64,000 nucleotides of DNA from Nanobdellota archaeon (lineage in GTDB: Archaea > Nanobdellota > Nanobdellia > Parvarchaeales > Parvarchaeaceae): contig JAKAAG010000001.1 in NCBI GenBank assembly GCA_021797085.1, positions 6,814-70,813 of the forward strand, given 5' to 3'. Positions 19,113 to 29,003 of this stretch are shown piece by piece. Within the stretch, counting starts at the first letter, position 1, and every line of letters begins with the position of its first letter. Below the pieces are notes generated by a model, which was not told where the DNA came from, ran no database searches, and worked only from the letters and a program-made list of their open reading frames with translations. Position numbers and translations under genes: made by a program.

Positions 19113-20204
19113 ATGCTGAAAAACAGGGGAAACACTGTTAGAATATCAATTTATGCTATAGTTATACTTTTGTCGGCATACTTGATATTTTCCGGAAAAG
19201 TTGAATTAGATCCAGTCTATACACGAGCCTTCGTAATAATAACCTCTCTTATAATAGCAAACACTGGAATACTTGCATCCAGGGAAATAGATGTCATTGC
19301 TGCAAAAATGACGAAAAAATTCAAAAGCATTAAAAGAATATCCATGTTGTTAGTTGCAATAACCTTTCTTGTATCAATTGCAATGACAAATGATGCCTCT
19401 CTTTTGATACTTGTGCCCATAACCGTAGAAATAGGGATAATATCCAGAAAGAGCCTCCTAAACACCATAATAATGCAAATTATTGCTGCAAATGTAGGTT
19501 CAATGCTTACCCCTTTCGGCAACCCACAAAACATAATAATATTCTTACGTTACCACCTGACTGCTACCAATTTTATTGCAGGGGCATTTCCAGCATTTGC
19601 AATATCAACCATTCTTCTTTTTACATTCACTTTCTTCCTAGTAAAGGATGGCAAATTAAAAACAAATTACAAGGCAAAGAAACCGCATATGCCGCTTTTT
19701 TACTCATCACTTTTTATCTTTGTAATAGATGTTATCGGCATGCTTTTAAGTTATAGTGAATATTTTTTTCTAGCTATGATTGCCTTTTCAATACTTATAC
19801 TTGCATTTGTAAGAATCCCCGGTTCAAAAAGGCTTGGAACTCTCAGCAGGATAGATATACTTCTTATACTTATTTTCTTTATAGTTTTCATGATATTCGG
19901 CTCCCTAAGCTCCGTAATTCCGCTGCCTAAAAACAGCTCCTTTTTGTATCAGTTTATATACGCTATTTTAATCTCCCAAGTCATAAGCAACGTACCCGCT
20001 TCTGTTTTACTGAAAACATTTAATTTTATACCATTGTTATGGGGAGTTAATATAGGTGGAAACGGTAGTGTTATTGCTTCGCTTGCAAATGTTATAGGGC
20101 TTAGACAAACAAAAGACAAACGAAAATATACTTTATTTCTAAAAACTTCCTTTCTTTTCTTGATTATTAATGCTGCTATAGCTGCGATTATCATTTCTTT
20201 GTGA
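19113..20204 (+). CDS. ArsB/NhaD-superfamily permease (putative)
   Basis: 363 aa, about 10 TM segments. Confidence 0.35.
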   Translation: MLKNRGNTVRISIYAIVILLSAYLIFSGKVELDPVYTRAFVIITSLIIANTGILASREIDVIAAKMTKKFKSIKRISMLLVAITFLVSIAMTNDASLLILVPITVEIGIISRKSLLNTIIMQIIAANVGSMLTPFGNPQNIIIFLRYHLTATNFIAGAFPAFAISTILLFTFTFFLVKDGKLKTNYKAKKPHMPLFYSSLFIFVIDVIGMLLSYSEYFFLAMIAFSILILAFVRIPGSKRLGTLSRIDILLILIFFIVFMIFGSLSSVIPLPKNSSFLYQFIYAILISQVISNVPASVLLKTFNFIPLLWGVNIGGNGSVIASLANVIGLRQTKDKRKYTLFLKTSFLFLIINAAIAAIIISL

Positions 20205-20238
20205 TTTATTTTTGCTTAAATAGGACATTAAAAATAAA

Positions 20239-20311
20239 TGGGCCCGAAGGGATTCGAACCCTTGGTCTTCTGCACGTCAAGCAGACGTCATAACCGCTGG
20301 ACCACGGGCCC
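20239..20311 (-). tRNA. tRNA-Val (anticodon GAC)
   Basis: rc reads GGGCCCG-TG-GTC..GAC-G-TCTGC-TTGACGT-GCAGA-AGACC-AAGGGTTCGAATCCCTT-CGGGCCC-A. Confidence 0.8.
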
Positions 20312-20398
20312 ATAATTACTAACAACTGCAGATAAAATATAAAAGCTTATTTAAAATGAAATAAAAAAGCTTTTATTGATAAATTATAATATTTCCAT

Positions 20399-21691
20399 AT
20401 GAATTACGATTTGAATTATGTAAAAGACCATAGGGATGAACTTGTGTCATCTATAAAGAAGAGATTTTTAACGCCACCTATAGAAAATCCTGTTGACAGG
20501 TTGATTGAATTAAACGAACTTATAAAAAAGACAAGAAGCAGCGTAGATGAGCTAAGACATAAAAGAAATACTATAAGTAGAGAATTCGCTGAAAACAAAG
20601 GAAACGCAGGGGAAAAGGAAAATGAAAGGAAAAACGTGAGAGAGATAATGCAGCAGATAAAATCTATGGAGGATGACATAGCAAAATACGAAGAAGAAGC
20701 AAAAAACCTGTTTTTATGGCTGCCTAATGTAGTTAGCCCTGACGCTCCCGAAGGAAAGGATGACAATGACAACGTTGAAATAAGGAAATTCGGAGAAATT
20801 AAAAAGAGGGACTTTGAAACTAAAAATCACATTGACCTAGGACAGGAAAGAAAACTTTTAGACGTTGAGAAGGCGGCAAAGATCGCAGGAAGTAGGTTTG
20901 TATTCATAAGAGGAAAACTAGTACAATTGGAGCTTGCACTGGAAATGTATTCTATCCAAAAAATAGCCTCAAAGGGTTATACACCAATTATTCCACCGTT
21001 TATGATAAGAAGAGATATATACGGCGGGATAGCGCATATGGCAACATTTGAAGATGCTCTTTACAAAGTTACAGGTGTAGAAGAAGAAGGTGAAGAGGAG
21101 CGTTTTCTTATCTCTACAACAGAACATCCGATGATCGCGCAGTATTCAAATGAAGTAATACCAGAAGAAGAGCTTCCTATAAAGATGGTAGGAGTAAGCC
21201 CTGCCTTCAGAAAAGAAGCAGGAGCACATGGGAAAGACACAAAAGGGATATTTAGGCTGCACCAATTTGACCAGACTGAACAGATAGTGCTGTGCAAGCC
21301 TGAAGACTCAAAACGCTTCCACGAAGAAATGCTGAACAATATAGAAGAGATATGGAAAGAGCTAAACATACCTTATAGGGTAGTAAGTTGCTCTACCGGA
21401 GATATGGGTGTAAGAGATGTAAAGCAATATGACATAGAAGCTTATCTTTACTCGCAGGAGAAATATAGAGAGGTAGGCTCATTTGACAATACCACTGATT
21501 GGATATCTAGAAGATTAAATATAAAATATGTGGATAGAAAAGGAAACAAGGATTATGTTTACACTTTGGATGGGACAGGACTGCCAATGCAAAGAACGAT
21601 GATAGCAATAATTGACACTTACCAGCAAAAAGATGGAACCATAATTATTCCAGAGGTACTCAGGAAATACACTGGTTTCAGCGAAATTTAG
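20399..21691 (+). CDS. serS: seryl-tRNA synthetase
   Basis: N-terminal coiled-coil arm, class II motifs, C-terminal TGLPMQRTMIAIIDTYQ. Confidence 0.9.
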   Translation: MNYDLNYVKDHRDELVSSIKKRFLTPPIENPVDRLIELNELIKKTRSSVDELRHKRNTISREFAENKGNAGEKENERKNVREIMQQIKSMEDDIAKYEEEAKNLFLWLPNVVSPDAPEGKDDNDNVEIRKFGEIKKRDFETKNHIDLGQERKLLDVEKAAKIAGSRFVFIRGKLVQLELALEMYSIQKIASKGYTPIIPPFMIRRDIYGGIAHMATFEDALYKVTGVEEEGEEERFLISTTEHPMIAQYSNEVIPEEELPIKMVGVSPAFRKEAGAHGKDTKGIFRLHQFDQTEQIVLCKPEDSKRFHEEMLNNIEEIWKELNIPYRVVSCSTGDMGVRDVKQYDIEAYLYSQEKYREVGSFDNTTDWISRRLNIKYVDRKGNKDYVYTLDGTGLPMQRTMIAIIDTYQQKDGTIIIPEVLRKYTGFSEI

Positions 21692-21763
21692 TAATACCAT
21701 AGTAATACTCACCTTTAATTTATAAAAGGAAAAATCCATTTATTATCAAGGGGGGGTAATATT

Positions 21764-23944
21764 ATGGGAAATAAATCACTTGAGGAAATAATAAAACCAA
21801 ATGATGCTTCTGATTCGAAATTAAGGCTTCTTGTAATGTCAGAATTAGAGCTTGCAACTAAATTAAGTAGCAAAGATGTATTAAACAATCTCGGCCAGAT
21901 GATAAAGAGCTATGAAGGAAAAATCGATGGAATAGTGATAAATGGAGGGTTGGCATACATTCCTGATAAATACAGTAGATTAAGGGGAGAAAGGCTGGAT
22001 TTAGTAGAGGACAGACTAAAGGAAAAATACGGAGAAGAAGTGTACAATGAAGTAAAACGCGGCAAAAATGATTCAGATTCGGTTGACGACTTGACAGAGG
22101 CTGCAAGGCTTGCAAAGATACAGATGAAAAGCATAGCTTACGAGGCAAGGAAAAAGAATATACCTATATACTACATCTACGGCGTTACCGATTACAAGAA
22201 TGTAAAGATGATCATAGAAGCACTTGAAAGGCTGAGCAGAAGAAACAATAAGGAAGAAGAAAAGCTAAAGGTAAATAAGAAAAACAAAAAGCAGAATAAA
22301 CTTGAGAACAAAATGCCTGATGAGATAGAAAGAATAATGTCAATAATACCCGAAAGCTACAAATTCAAGGCTTCCCAGTGGAAGACCTCTGATAAAAAAG
22401 GAATAAAAGACAAAGCAAATGACATTTACTTGCACTTGATTAATATGGTACTAAATGACGGTAAAAACGAGGATAATATAAAGGTTTACAAAAGATTTGA
22501 AAACTTCTTGGGGGAGAAGGAAGATAACAATCCTGATGCAGAGATATTGATAAACGGTTTAAAGGTAAAGGTTTTCCACGCAATAAATGCGCTTACTGCA
22601 GGATTAAACGAGGGAAAACCAAGCGATAGAAATATAAACATGATAGTAGACTACGCTAACCTTGATGCGCAGTATGGAAGACTTGCAGATATTTACATAA
22701 CAGGTAGAGGATCCGCTACTGAATTCACTGCTTTGGATTACCAAAGCAGAAAAGACCCTGTATTGATATTAAACCAAGGGCCGCTAATGGATATAGACCG
22801 GCAGTTCAAACTAAGAGCCAGCCTTAACAAGACTGACGTGGCAAAAAGACTGTCGCAGTTTGAAGACAGCGGAATATCTTTATTATCGGTTTACAACGAC
22901 AAAAGCGTTGAAATAGAGCATATTGATTTGGGAGGGATTAAAAAGGGTATAAACCCGTACAAAATAAACAAAGAGAAGACAAAGGGATCATTGTATGAAA
23001 TGGTACAGATATCGGATTGGCATGTTGGAAATGCTGCATCAGATTATGAAGCAATGGAGAAAGTCCCAGAAATAATAAACAAAAGCCAAGTGCCTAAAGA
23101 CAAAAGAATTTTATTTATAGGCGGGGACATGGTAGACGGCGGAAATGACAAGGCACAGAGGACAAAAATGTCTTTGCCAAGAGCTCCTAGCCCGGAGGAA
23201 TTCTTAGGAAAGCTTGAGGACATACTAAATGACACTGACAAGGATAGAGCAAAAGACAATTTCGTGTCGGAATTGCATAAGGTTGTTTACGGCAATTCAG
23301 ACATTGACCTTGGTCAGCAGGAAAAAAGACTTGATAAGTACCTTAGACCTTTGGGGCCATTGTTTGAAAAAGCCTATGTGGTAGGAGGAAACCACTTTGA
23401 AAGAGCTACTGGAAACGGAAGTGAAGGCAGAATGATAGGGCCAAAACTTGAAAACAGCGGAACTAAAGAAGTAGTTTACGTAGATGATTATCTTTTGAGA
23501 GGAGAAACGCCGTATCTTGACAGTTATGGACTACTGCAGTTGCACAGTGCAGGTTATAGGGGTGGAGTAGACGCAAGAACCTCCCTTATGAATACAGTAA
23601 AGAATACTGGAAAAGACCTAGTTGACATAGCAATGGCAGGTGACTGTCATGAACCGGGCATAAAATTTGCATTGAAAAAGAAAGATGAAGAATGGAAAAC
23701 TATGGCAGCAATTACTGTGCCTGCTCTAGAGAATGAAACATTTTTTGAGAGTTACATAATACACAAACCTAACTATACGAAGGGGATAAGCGAACTTTAC
23801 ATACCAACAGATACAACTGTAGGAACTTCATACTTAAAATATAAGTTAATACCATTGCAGGGCATAAGAACCGCTATTCAGGCAGAGGGTGGGTCCAGAT
23901 ATACTCGTTTGCTTGACAACCTTCTTAAAAAGTTCGGAAACTGA
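21764..23944 (+). CDS. large two-domain calcineurin-like metallophosphoesterase (degenerate N-domain + intact C-domain)
   Basis: C-half carries ISDWHVG (DxH), GGDMVDGG (GDxxD), GGNHFE (GNH[DE]), LHSAGY and AGDCHEPG. N-half shows the same spacing but mutated residues (LLVMSELE / INGGLAY / YIYGVTDY). Confidence 0.5.
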   Translation: MGNKSLEEIIKPNDASDSKLRLLVMSELELATKLSSKDVLNNLGQMIKSYEGKIDGIVINGGLAYIPDKYSRLRGERLDLVEDRLKEKYGEEVYNEVKRGKNDSDSVDDLTEAARLAKIQMKSIAYEARKKNIPIYYIYGVTDYKNVKMIIEALERLSRRNNKEEEKLKVNKKNKKQNKLENKMPDEIERIMSIIPESYKFKASQWKTSDKKGIKDKANDIYLHLINMVLNDGKNEDNIKVYKRFENFLGEKEDNNPDAEILINGLKVKVFHAINALTAGLNEGKPSDRNINMIVDYANLDAQYGRLADIYITGRGSATEFTALDYQSRKDPVLILNQGPLMDIDRQFKLRASLNKTDVAKRLSQFEDSGISLLSVYNDKSVEIEHIDLGGIKKGINPYKINKEKTKGSLYEMVQISDWHVGNAASDYEAMEKVPEIINKSQVPKDKRILFIGGDMVDGGNDKAQRTKMSLPRAPSPEEFLGKLEDILNDTDKDRAKDNFVSELHKVVYGNSDIDLGQQEKRLDKYLRPLGPLFEKAYVVGGNHFERATGNGSEGRMIGPKLENSGTKEVVYVDDYLLRGETPYLDSYGLLQLHSAGYRGGVDARTSLMNTVKNTGKDLVDIAMAGDCHEPGIKFALKKKDEEWKTMAAITVPALENETFFESYIIHKPNYTKGISELYIPTDTTVGTSYLKYKLIPLQGIRTAIQAEGGSRYTRLLDNLLKKFGN

Positions 23945-23983
23945 ATGCAACAAATATTAGTAGTATAACCTACAAATATTCTT

Positions 23984-25042
23984 ATGGATGAAGCTAAGAA
24001 AGAAGAAAGCATAAAGAGTGTAAGGGATTTTGTGTCGAAAAACAATGATTTTACTGTTTTTTATCACCTTGATACCGATGGAATAGTAAGTGCAGCGCTT
24101 CTTACCGCCGCACTTAAAAAAATCAACAAAGGAGTTTACTATTACAGGCCTACAAACTATGAAGATTACAAGGATATGGACATGCAGGAATACAGCAAGA
24201 ATATAATAGTATGTGACATGCAGATAAGAGAAGACCAGCTGCCTTTGTTCAAGGACAAGAACCTTTGTATAATAGATCACCACCAGATAATAAATGCTGA
24301 TTTACTTGCTTACGCAAACCCTAAGATATGGGGCGATAATACATACACTCCTTGTTCATTATTGGTTTACCAGATATTCAAGCAGGAAATAAAAGAACTT
24401 GACTGGGCATCTGCGATAGGCCTTGTTGGAGATTCGGGGGGAAAGGAAAATTCCGATTTTGTTAAAAAAACTGCGGAGAAATATGGAATAAAGATAGGAA
24501 AAGATGAATTCATGTATGATAACGACTTCGGGAAGGCTGCTGGAATGATAGGTTCAATGACTACCTTATATAATAGAGAAGGAGCAGATGAAGCCTTAGG
24601 GATATTAATTAACAGCAATTCCATTTCTGACATTATAAATAACCAAAAACTTGTCTTTGCGGACAAAAAAGTAAGAGAAGAACTTGAAAAACTAAAAAAG
24701 GATTTCAAGGAAAACGCGCAGAAATACGGAAGGATATACTTTTATGAATTGGACCAGAAAAAGAAAAGGTATTCCTCTACACTGGTTACAGAGCTCAGCT
24801 TTGACAAGGAATACTACGGCAATGTCCTTGTGTTCATGACAAAGATAAATGCAAGGACTATAAGACTGAATTTAAGAGCAAACGGGGTAGAGATAAAGCT
24901 GCCAGTAATGCTTAACAATATATTCAAAAAAATGAGGGGAGAGGGGGGAGGACATGATAAAGCATCCGGTGGCTCAATAGATTACAAAGACAAGGAAAAA
25001 TTCAAGAAGCTGTTTTTGGAAGAAGCTAGTAATCTTAAATAA
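23984..25042 (+). CDS. DHH/DHHA1 phosphoesterase (NrnA / RecJ-like nuclease family)
   Basis: DHH motif IIDHHQ, DTDG, C-terminal DHHA1 GGGH (MRGEGGGHDKASGG). Confidence 0.7.
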   Translation: MDEAKKEESIKSVRDFVSKNNDFTVFYHLDTDGIVSAALLTAALKKINKGVYYYRPTNYEDYKDMDMQEYSKNIIVCDMQIREDQLPLFKDKNLCIIDHHQIINADLLAYANPKIWGDNTYTPCSLLVYQIFKQEIKELDWASAIGLVGDSGGKENSDFVKKTAEKYGIKIGKDEFMYDNDFGKAAGMIGSMTTLYNREGADEALGILINSNSISDIINNQKLVFADKKVREELEKLKKDFKENAQKYGRIYFYELDQKKKRYSSTLVTELSFDKEYYGNVLVFMTKINARTIRLNLRANGVEIKLPVMLNNIFKKMRGEGGGHDKASGGSIDYKDKEKFKKLFLEEASNLK

Positions 25043-25312
25043 CTAGAAATCAGGCGCTCTGCTTACCTCTGAGATACTAAGACTTGCATCTGTAAACGAA
25101 GCAAAGGACTCTTCAATCTTTGAAGTTCCCTCCTCTTCGTCTGCTACAAGAGTTATCATTATAACTGTTAAGCCGAATGCAAGAGGCTGCACTTCCATTT
25201 TGTATATTGAACCGTATTTTGAAAGAAACGACTTTATTTTTTCTGAGGTATCATTTAAATCAGAGGAAGTGTCCTTCGGAAGCGCCTTTATTTTTATAAC
25301 TACTTTTCCCAT
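25043..25312 (-). CDS. translation elongation factor 1-beta (aEF-1B)
   Basis: MEVQPLAFGLTVIMITLVADEEEG core. Start taken at the internal Met just downstream of the Zn-ribbon stop. Confidence 0.65.
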   Translation of the reverse strand: MGKVVIKIKALPKDTSSDLNDTSEKIKSFLSKYGSIYKMEVQPLAFGLTVIMITLVADEEEGTSKIEESFASFTDASLSISEVSRAPDF

Positions 25313-25313
25313 A

Positions 25314-25499
25314 TTAAGGCCCCACAAAACCGCATACTTTGCAGGTGTAATTGACTCCTCTTCCCCTGCATTTTCCACACCTTGAAATTTTAGTACCGCA
25401 GTTTGGACAGTTGAATACCACTGAATCCTCTATTATGGATATGTCTCTTTCACATGATATACAGAAATTCTTTTCTGTTTCAACCAACTCTTCTGCCAT
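25314..25499 (-). CDS. Zn-ribbon protein (COG2888-like) upstream of EF-1beta
   Basis: Four CxxC pairs. Conserved archaeal pairing with aEF-1beta. Confidence 0.55.
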   Translation of the reverse strand: MAEELVETEKNFCISCERDISIIEDSVVFNCPNCGTKISRCGKCRGRGVNYTCKVCGFVGP

Positions 25500-25551
25500 T
25501 TGTTAGTTTATTATCAGATTCATATTTATATGTTTCTGTTATAAATAATAT

Positions 25552-25911
25552 ATGGAAAAAGAGATAAAACAGGTTATAATACTCAGGAAAGATGTGAAAA
25601 TGGGAACTGGAAAGATGGTAGCGCAGGGATCACATGCAAGCCTTATGAGTTTTCTTCATACTGAAAAGAGCTATCCTGAAATTGCCAAAAAATGGTTAGC
25701 AGAAGGAGAAACAAAAATAGTATTGAAAGTTAATAAAGAGGATGAATTCGAGGAACTGAAAAACAGACTTAAAAGAAGCGGTATACCCTTCCAAGTCGTA
25801 AAAGACGCAGGCCAGACGCAGGTTCCTCCTGGAACTGAAACTGCAATAGGCGTTGGGCCTTACTACACAGATGAGATAAATAAAATAACTGCAAAGCTAA
25901 AACTTTTATGA
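25552..25911 (+). CDS. pth2: peptidyl-tRNA hydrolase, archaeal type (Pth2)
   Basis: KMGTGKMVAQGSHAS and VVKDAGQTQVPPGT are hallmarks of Pth2. Confidence 0.8.
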   Translation: MEKEIKQVIILRKDVKMGTGKMVAQGSHASLMSFLHTEKSYPEIAKKWLAEGETKIVLKVNKEDEFEELKNRLKRSGIPFQVVKDAGQTQVPPGTETAIGVGPYYTDEINKITAKLKLL

Positions 25912-26228
25912 CAAACATATTGTATGTAATGATAAATTCGATGATACAGACAGATCCTTACATAGCATACTTATTCTTTGCAATGATAATAGCAGGCGTA
26001 GGCATAACGTACTTCTACAGAAAAGAAGTAGGATTCATAATAACCATAATAATTTCTATTATACTTGGTTATATGGATATACTTTATCCATTTATATATC
26101 TAATAACTGCGGTCTGTGCAGTGCTTCTTGTGCTCTCGCTATTTGGAGGGGGATCGATAACAAGGCCCATAAAAAACCTGGAAAGCTGGATATACATAAA
26201 AATCATGTTAAAAAAGCAGAAGAAGTAA
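25908..26228 (+). CDS. small hypothetical membrane protein
   Basis: 106 aa, 3 TM segments. ATGA overlap with pth2. Confidence 0.3.
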   Translation: MTNILYVMINSMIQTDPYIAYLFFAMIIAGVGITYFYRKEVGFIITIIISIILGYMDILYPFIYLITAVCAVLLVLSLFGGGSITRPIKNLESWIYIKIMLKKQKK

Positions 26229-26299
26229 TGCATCGGCCGGGATTCGAACCCGGGTCTCCACCGTGGCAGGGTAGTGTCTTACCACTGGACTACCGATGC
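26229..26299 (-). tRNA. tRNA-Gly (anticodon GCC)
   Basis: rc reads GCATCGG-TA-GTC..GAC-A-CTACC-CTGCCAC-GGTGG-AGAC-CCGGGTTCGAATCCCGG-CCGATGC-A. Confidence 0.8.
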
Positions 26300-26337
26300 T
26301 TGATACCATTTATTAATATGCCTCTTTTATATATTTT

Positions 26338-26775
26338 ATGTATTTCGGAACGGAATTTAAAAAAGAGAATAATCAATGGAAGAAGTTTGAGAATGACACT
26401 GCAGACATATTTGAAAAATTTGATTACACTGTAGACAGAGATATAAGATTCAAGACATATCGATGGTTTCAGATTGATTTTATAGCGCAGGATAACAGCA
26501 GAAGATTTTTTGTAGACTGCAAGAATCATTCTTACATTCCACCTGAAAAGGAAAAGGAATTTGTCAAAAGTCAACTTACGAGGGCTTACAATTTCATAGA
26601 GAAAAAAGGTGAAAAGAAGAAAAAGGACATAATACTGCTAGTTACCAAGAACAAAACCAATTCATTGCTTATGCATAAAGAGGGGGGTGAAAAAATACTT
26701 GCTGTGGATTTTTATTCATTGCCGGCCCTTCTCAAAAACATAGATATTTATGAAGATGAACTTTACGTTTTCTAA
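26338..26775 (+). CDS. small PD-(D/E)xK nuclease-like protein (restriction-endonuclease fold candidate)
   Basis: IDFIAQD ... FFVDCKNH fits a D...(D/E)xK core. 145 aa, no partner gene. Confidence 0.3.
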   Translation: MYFGTEFKKENNQWKKFENDTADIFEKFDYTVDRDIRFKTYRWFQIDFIAQDNSRRFFVDCKNHSYIPPEKEKEFVKSQLTRAYNFIEKKGEKKKKDIILLVTKNKTNSLLMHKEGGEKILAVDFYSLPALLKNIDIYEDELYVF

Positions 26776-27516
26776 TTACTCAAGTCTGTTTGCAAGAATA
26801 AACGACATCATTGCATCGGAATTTATCTCATAATCCATTTTAAGGGGGTAATTGTTTGAAAACGACAGCTTTATAGGCTTTTCAGGGTCTACTGCATACA
26901 TGAACTTTGAAAGGTAGTCTATTGAATATTTCGACCTTGTTGTAGATTCTGACTTCAAATCAAATATCTCCTTGTTATCGTTTATAGATAATTCCTGTGA
27001 AAACTCCTTTTCCTCGCTTTTTGAGCTTATTATGAATCTCGGCCTGTCAACTGTAAAGTAGATTGAATCGTCAACTAAAGAAGCTGCTTTTACCGAATCT
27101 TTTATAAGCGAGCTCAAAACAGTTACCTCTGAAGTAAACTTGAGTTGTGGAATCTTCTGTGCAGTGTAATTCTCATCTATTAAAGGGATACCAAAATGCT
27201 GCTTGTTCCGGCCGTTTATGTCTATTATCAACCGATTCTTTGAGTCTGACATCTTTATCTTATCTTCTTTCTTTGCCAGCCTAAGTATACCATTTAGATC
27301 ATCTAATGAAACGGATATTTTTACAGGCTTTTCTATGTTGAAATTTGAAAAAATGGAGCTTTTAGCCTCAAAAAGGACCATTGCTATATTAGCAGGATCC
27401 ATTGCCTTTATCGCAAATCCCTCCTCATTAAAGTCTATGGAAACATCAGACATTAAACTGCCTATTGTATCCATCATCTTCTTAAAAACTTCTGCATCCT
27501 TAAATTCAGCTTCCAT
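26776..27516 (-). CDS. pcn: DNA polymerase sliding clamp PCNA
   Basis: 246 aa; N-term MEAEFKDAEVFKKMMDTIGSLMSDVSIDFNEEGF is a typical archaeal PCNA. Confidence 0.85.
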   Translation of the reverse strand: MEAEFKDAEVFKKMMDTIGSLMSDVSIDFNEEGFAIKAMDPANIAMVLFEAKSSIFSNFNIEKPVKISVSLDDLNGILRLAKKEDKIKMSDSKNRLIIDINGRNKQHFGIPLIDENYTAQKIPQLKFTSEVTVLSSLIKDSVKAASLVDDSIYFTVDRPRFIISSKSEEKEFSQELSINDNKEIFDLKSESTTRSKYSIDYLSKFMYAVDPEKPIKLSFSNNYPLKMDYEINSDAMMSFILANRLE

Positions 27517-27841
27517 TGCTACTTAATAGATCATTTCTTATTATTAAATACTTTTTATAATTGTTATAATCATTTATATTTATCTTTTCCGCTTTATCTG
27601 CCCTGACCTCAAAGGATGAATCTGCAGCAATGCTTCGCCCCGTAACAAGAACAAGGTCTGCGGGTTCTAACTTTACATTTTCCTGATAATTTGGGAGGCA
27701 GGTTATCTTTTGGCCATCGTCTTCTACTTCAAACATGCCTGTTTTATCATCAAAGGATAGGACTTTTCCGACAAACCTGACTCTTGCACTGTCCTCTTTT
27801 ATTCCCTTGATTTCAGTGTCCTTTATTACCTGGCTTTCCAT
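27506..27841 (-). CDS. OB-fold nucleic-acid-binding protein (RPA-like, putative)
   Basis: 111 aa, beta-rich. Adjacent to PCNA. Confidence 0.3.
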   Translation of the reverse strand: MESQVIKDTEIKGIKEDSARVRFVGKVLSFDDKTGMFEVEDDGQKITCLPNYQENVKLEPADLVLVTGRSIAADSSFEVRADKAEKININDYNNYKKYLIIRNDLLSSNGS

Positions 27842-28308
27842 TAACTGGTTGAGTTTACCACTGTTATATTTATAGGGATTATTTTATAATTTACGCAGTT
27901 AAGATAGCTTACTGACAGATTTGCAATAACGGAGTAATTTCCAGTTTTTGACGGCGAGTAAACTCCAAAACTTGTGTACCCTTTTGTACTGGCATTGAGC
28001 TCTGTAGAATTTGCAACTCGAACGAAAAATGGTACGCTTCCTAAAGGCTTTACAGTCAAAGCCAGGTTTTCAGTTACATTGCCAGTGTTATTTACGCCTA
28101 TAGTGAAAAATGTATTGGTGTTTTCGGGTGCTTTTACATTCGTACTTGTAGCATAATTAAATCCGAGATTGACGGAATTGCAGTTTATAGTCTGAACTAC
28201 TGGCGCTTTATAGACTGGGGAGGTCTTTCCGGCCGCAATAAATCCAATTAAAAACACTATTAACAAAGCAAGCAATAAATAATTCCTGATGCCTTTCATA
28301 TTTATCAT
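27841..28308 (-). CDS. secreted/anchored hypothetical protein, N-glycosylation-sequon rich
   Basis: N-terminal TM/signal segment and many NxS/T sequons. Confidence 0.3.
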   Translation of the reverse strand: MINMKGIRNYLLLALLIVFLIGFIAAGKTSPVYKAPVVQTINCNSVNLGFNYATSTNVKAPENTNTFFTIGVNNTGNVTENLALTVKPLGSVPFFVRVANSTELNASTKGYTSFGVYSPSKTGNYSVIANLSVSYLNCVNYKIIPINITVVNSTS

Positions 28309-28319
28309 TTAATCTAGTA

Positions 28320-29003
28320 TTGATTATTAATAAGTGTTTCGATATGGTAGATATAAAGGAATTCAAGGATGTTTATGTTCCTGCTGAAGACAGCTTTCTC
28401 CTATTGAGAGCAGTAAAATATGCATATGGGGAAGTACTTGACATGTTTGCAGGCAGCGGCATAATAGGATTAAATGCCGCGAAAAAATCAGAAAGAGTTA
28501 CATTTGTAGATATAAATCCAAATGCGATAAAGGCAATAAAATACAACGCAAAAATGAATGGGATTAAAAACTTTGAATGCATACTTTCGGATTTATTCTC
28601 TTCTCTTGATAATAGAAAATTTGACGTTATATATGCAAATCCGCCTTATTTACCAGAAAAGAAAGAAAGCAAGTGGGTAAGGCATGCCTTAAGTGGCGGA
28701 AAGGAAGGCAGCGAACTCACTATAAATTTGATACATTCTCTAAAAGCGCATCTTAAACAAGGGGGAAATGCGTTTATTATTCTATCAAGTGTTTACAATA
28801 CGGATAAAGTATATAAGGAGATAAAGCGTTTAAGACTTAGCTTTGAGAAGTTATCTTCAATTAATTTTTTCTTCGAGGAGCTTATCCTTATAAAAATATA
28901 TGACGAGAGCAGGAATAGCGGTAAATCAGGGCAGAATTATAGTAGCAGTAATCATAAACAACTCAGTTCAGGTACACAGAGTAAAAAGCCTAAGCGAAGT
29001 TAA
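28320..29003 (+). CDS. HemK/Mtq2-like N5-glutamine (NPPY) methyltransferase
   Basis: SAM-binding region and DVIYANPPYLP motif. Low-complexity C-terminal tail overlaps the next ORF. Confidence 0.55.
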   Translation: MIINKCFDMVDIKEFKDVYVPAEDSFLLLRAVKYAYGEVLDMFAGSGIIGLNAAKKSERVTFVDINPNAIKAIKYNAKMNGIKNFECILSDLFSSLDNRKFDVIYANPPYLPEKKESKWVRHALSGGKEGSELTINLIHSLKAHLKQGGNAFIILSSVYNTDKVYKEIKRLRLSFEKLSSINFFFEELILIKIYDESRNSGKSGQNYSSSNHKQLSSGTQSKKPKRS

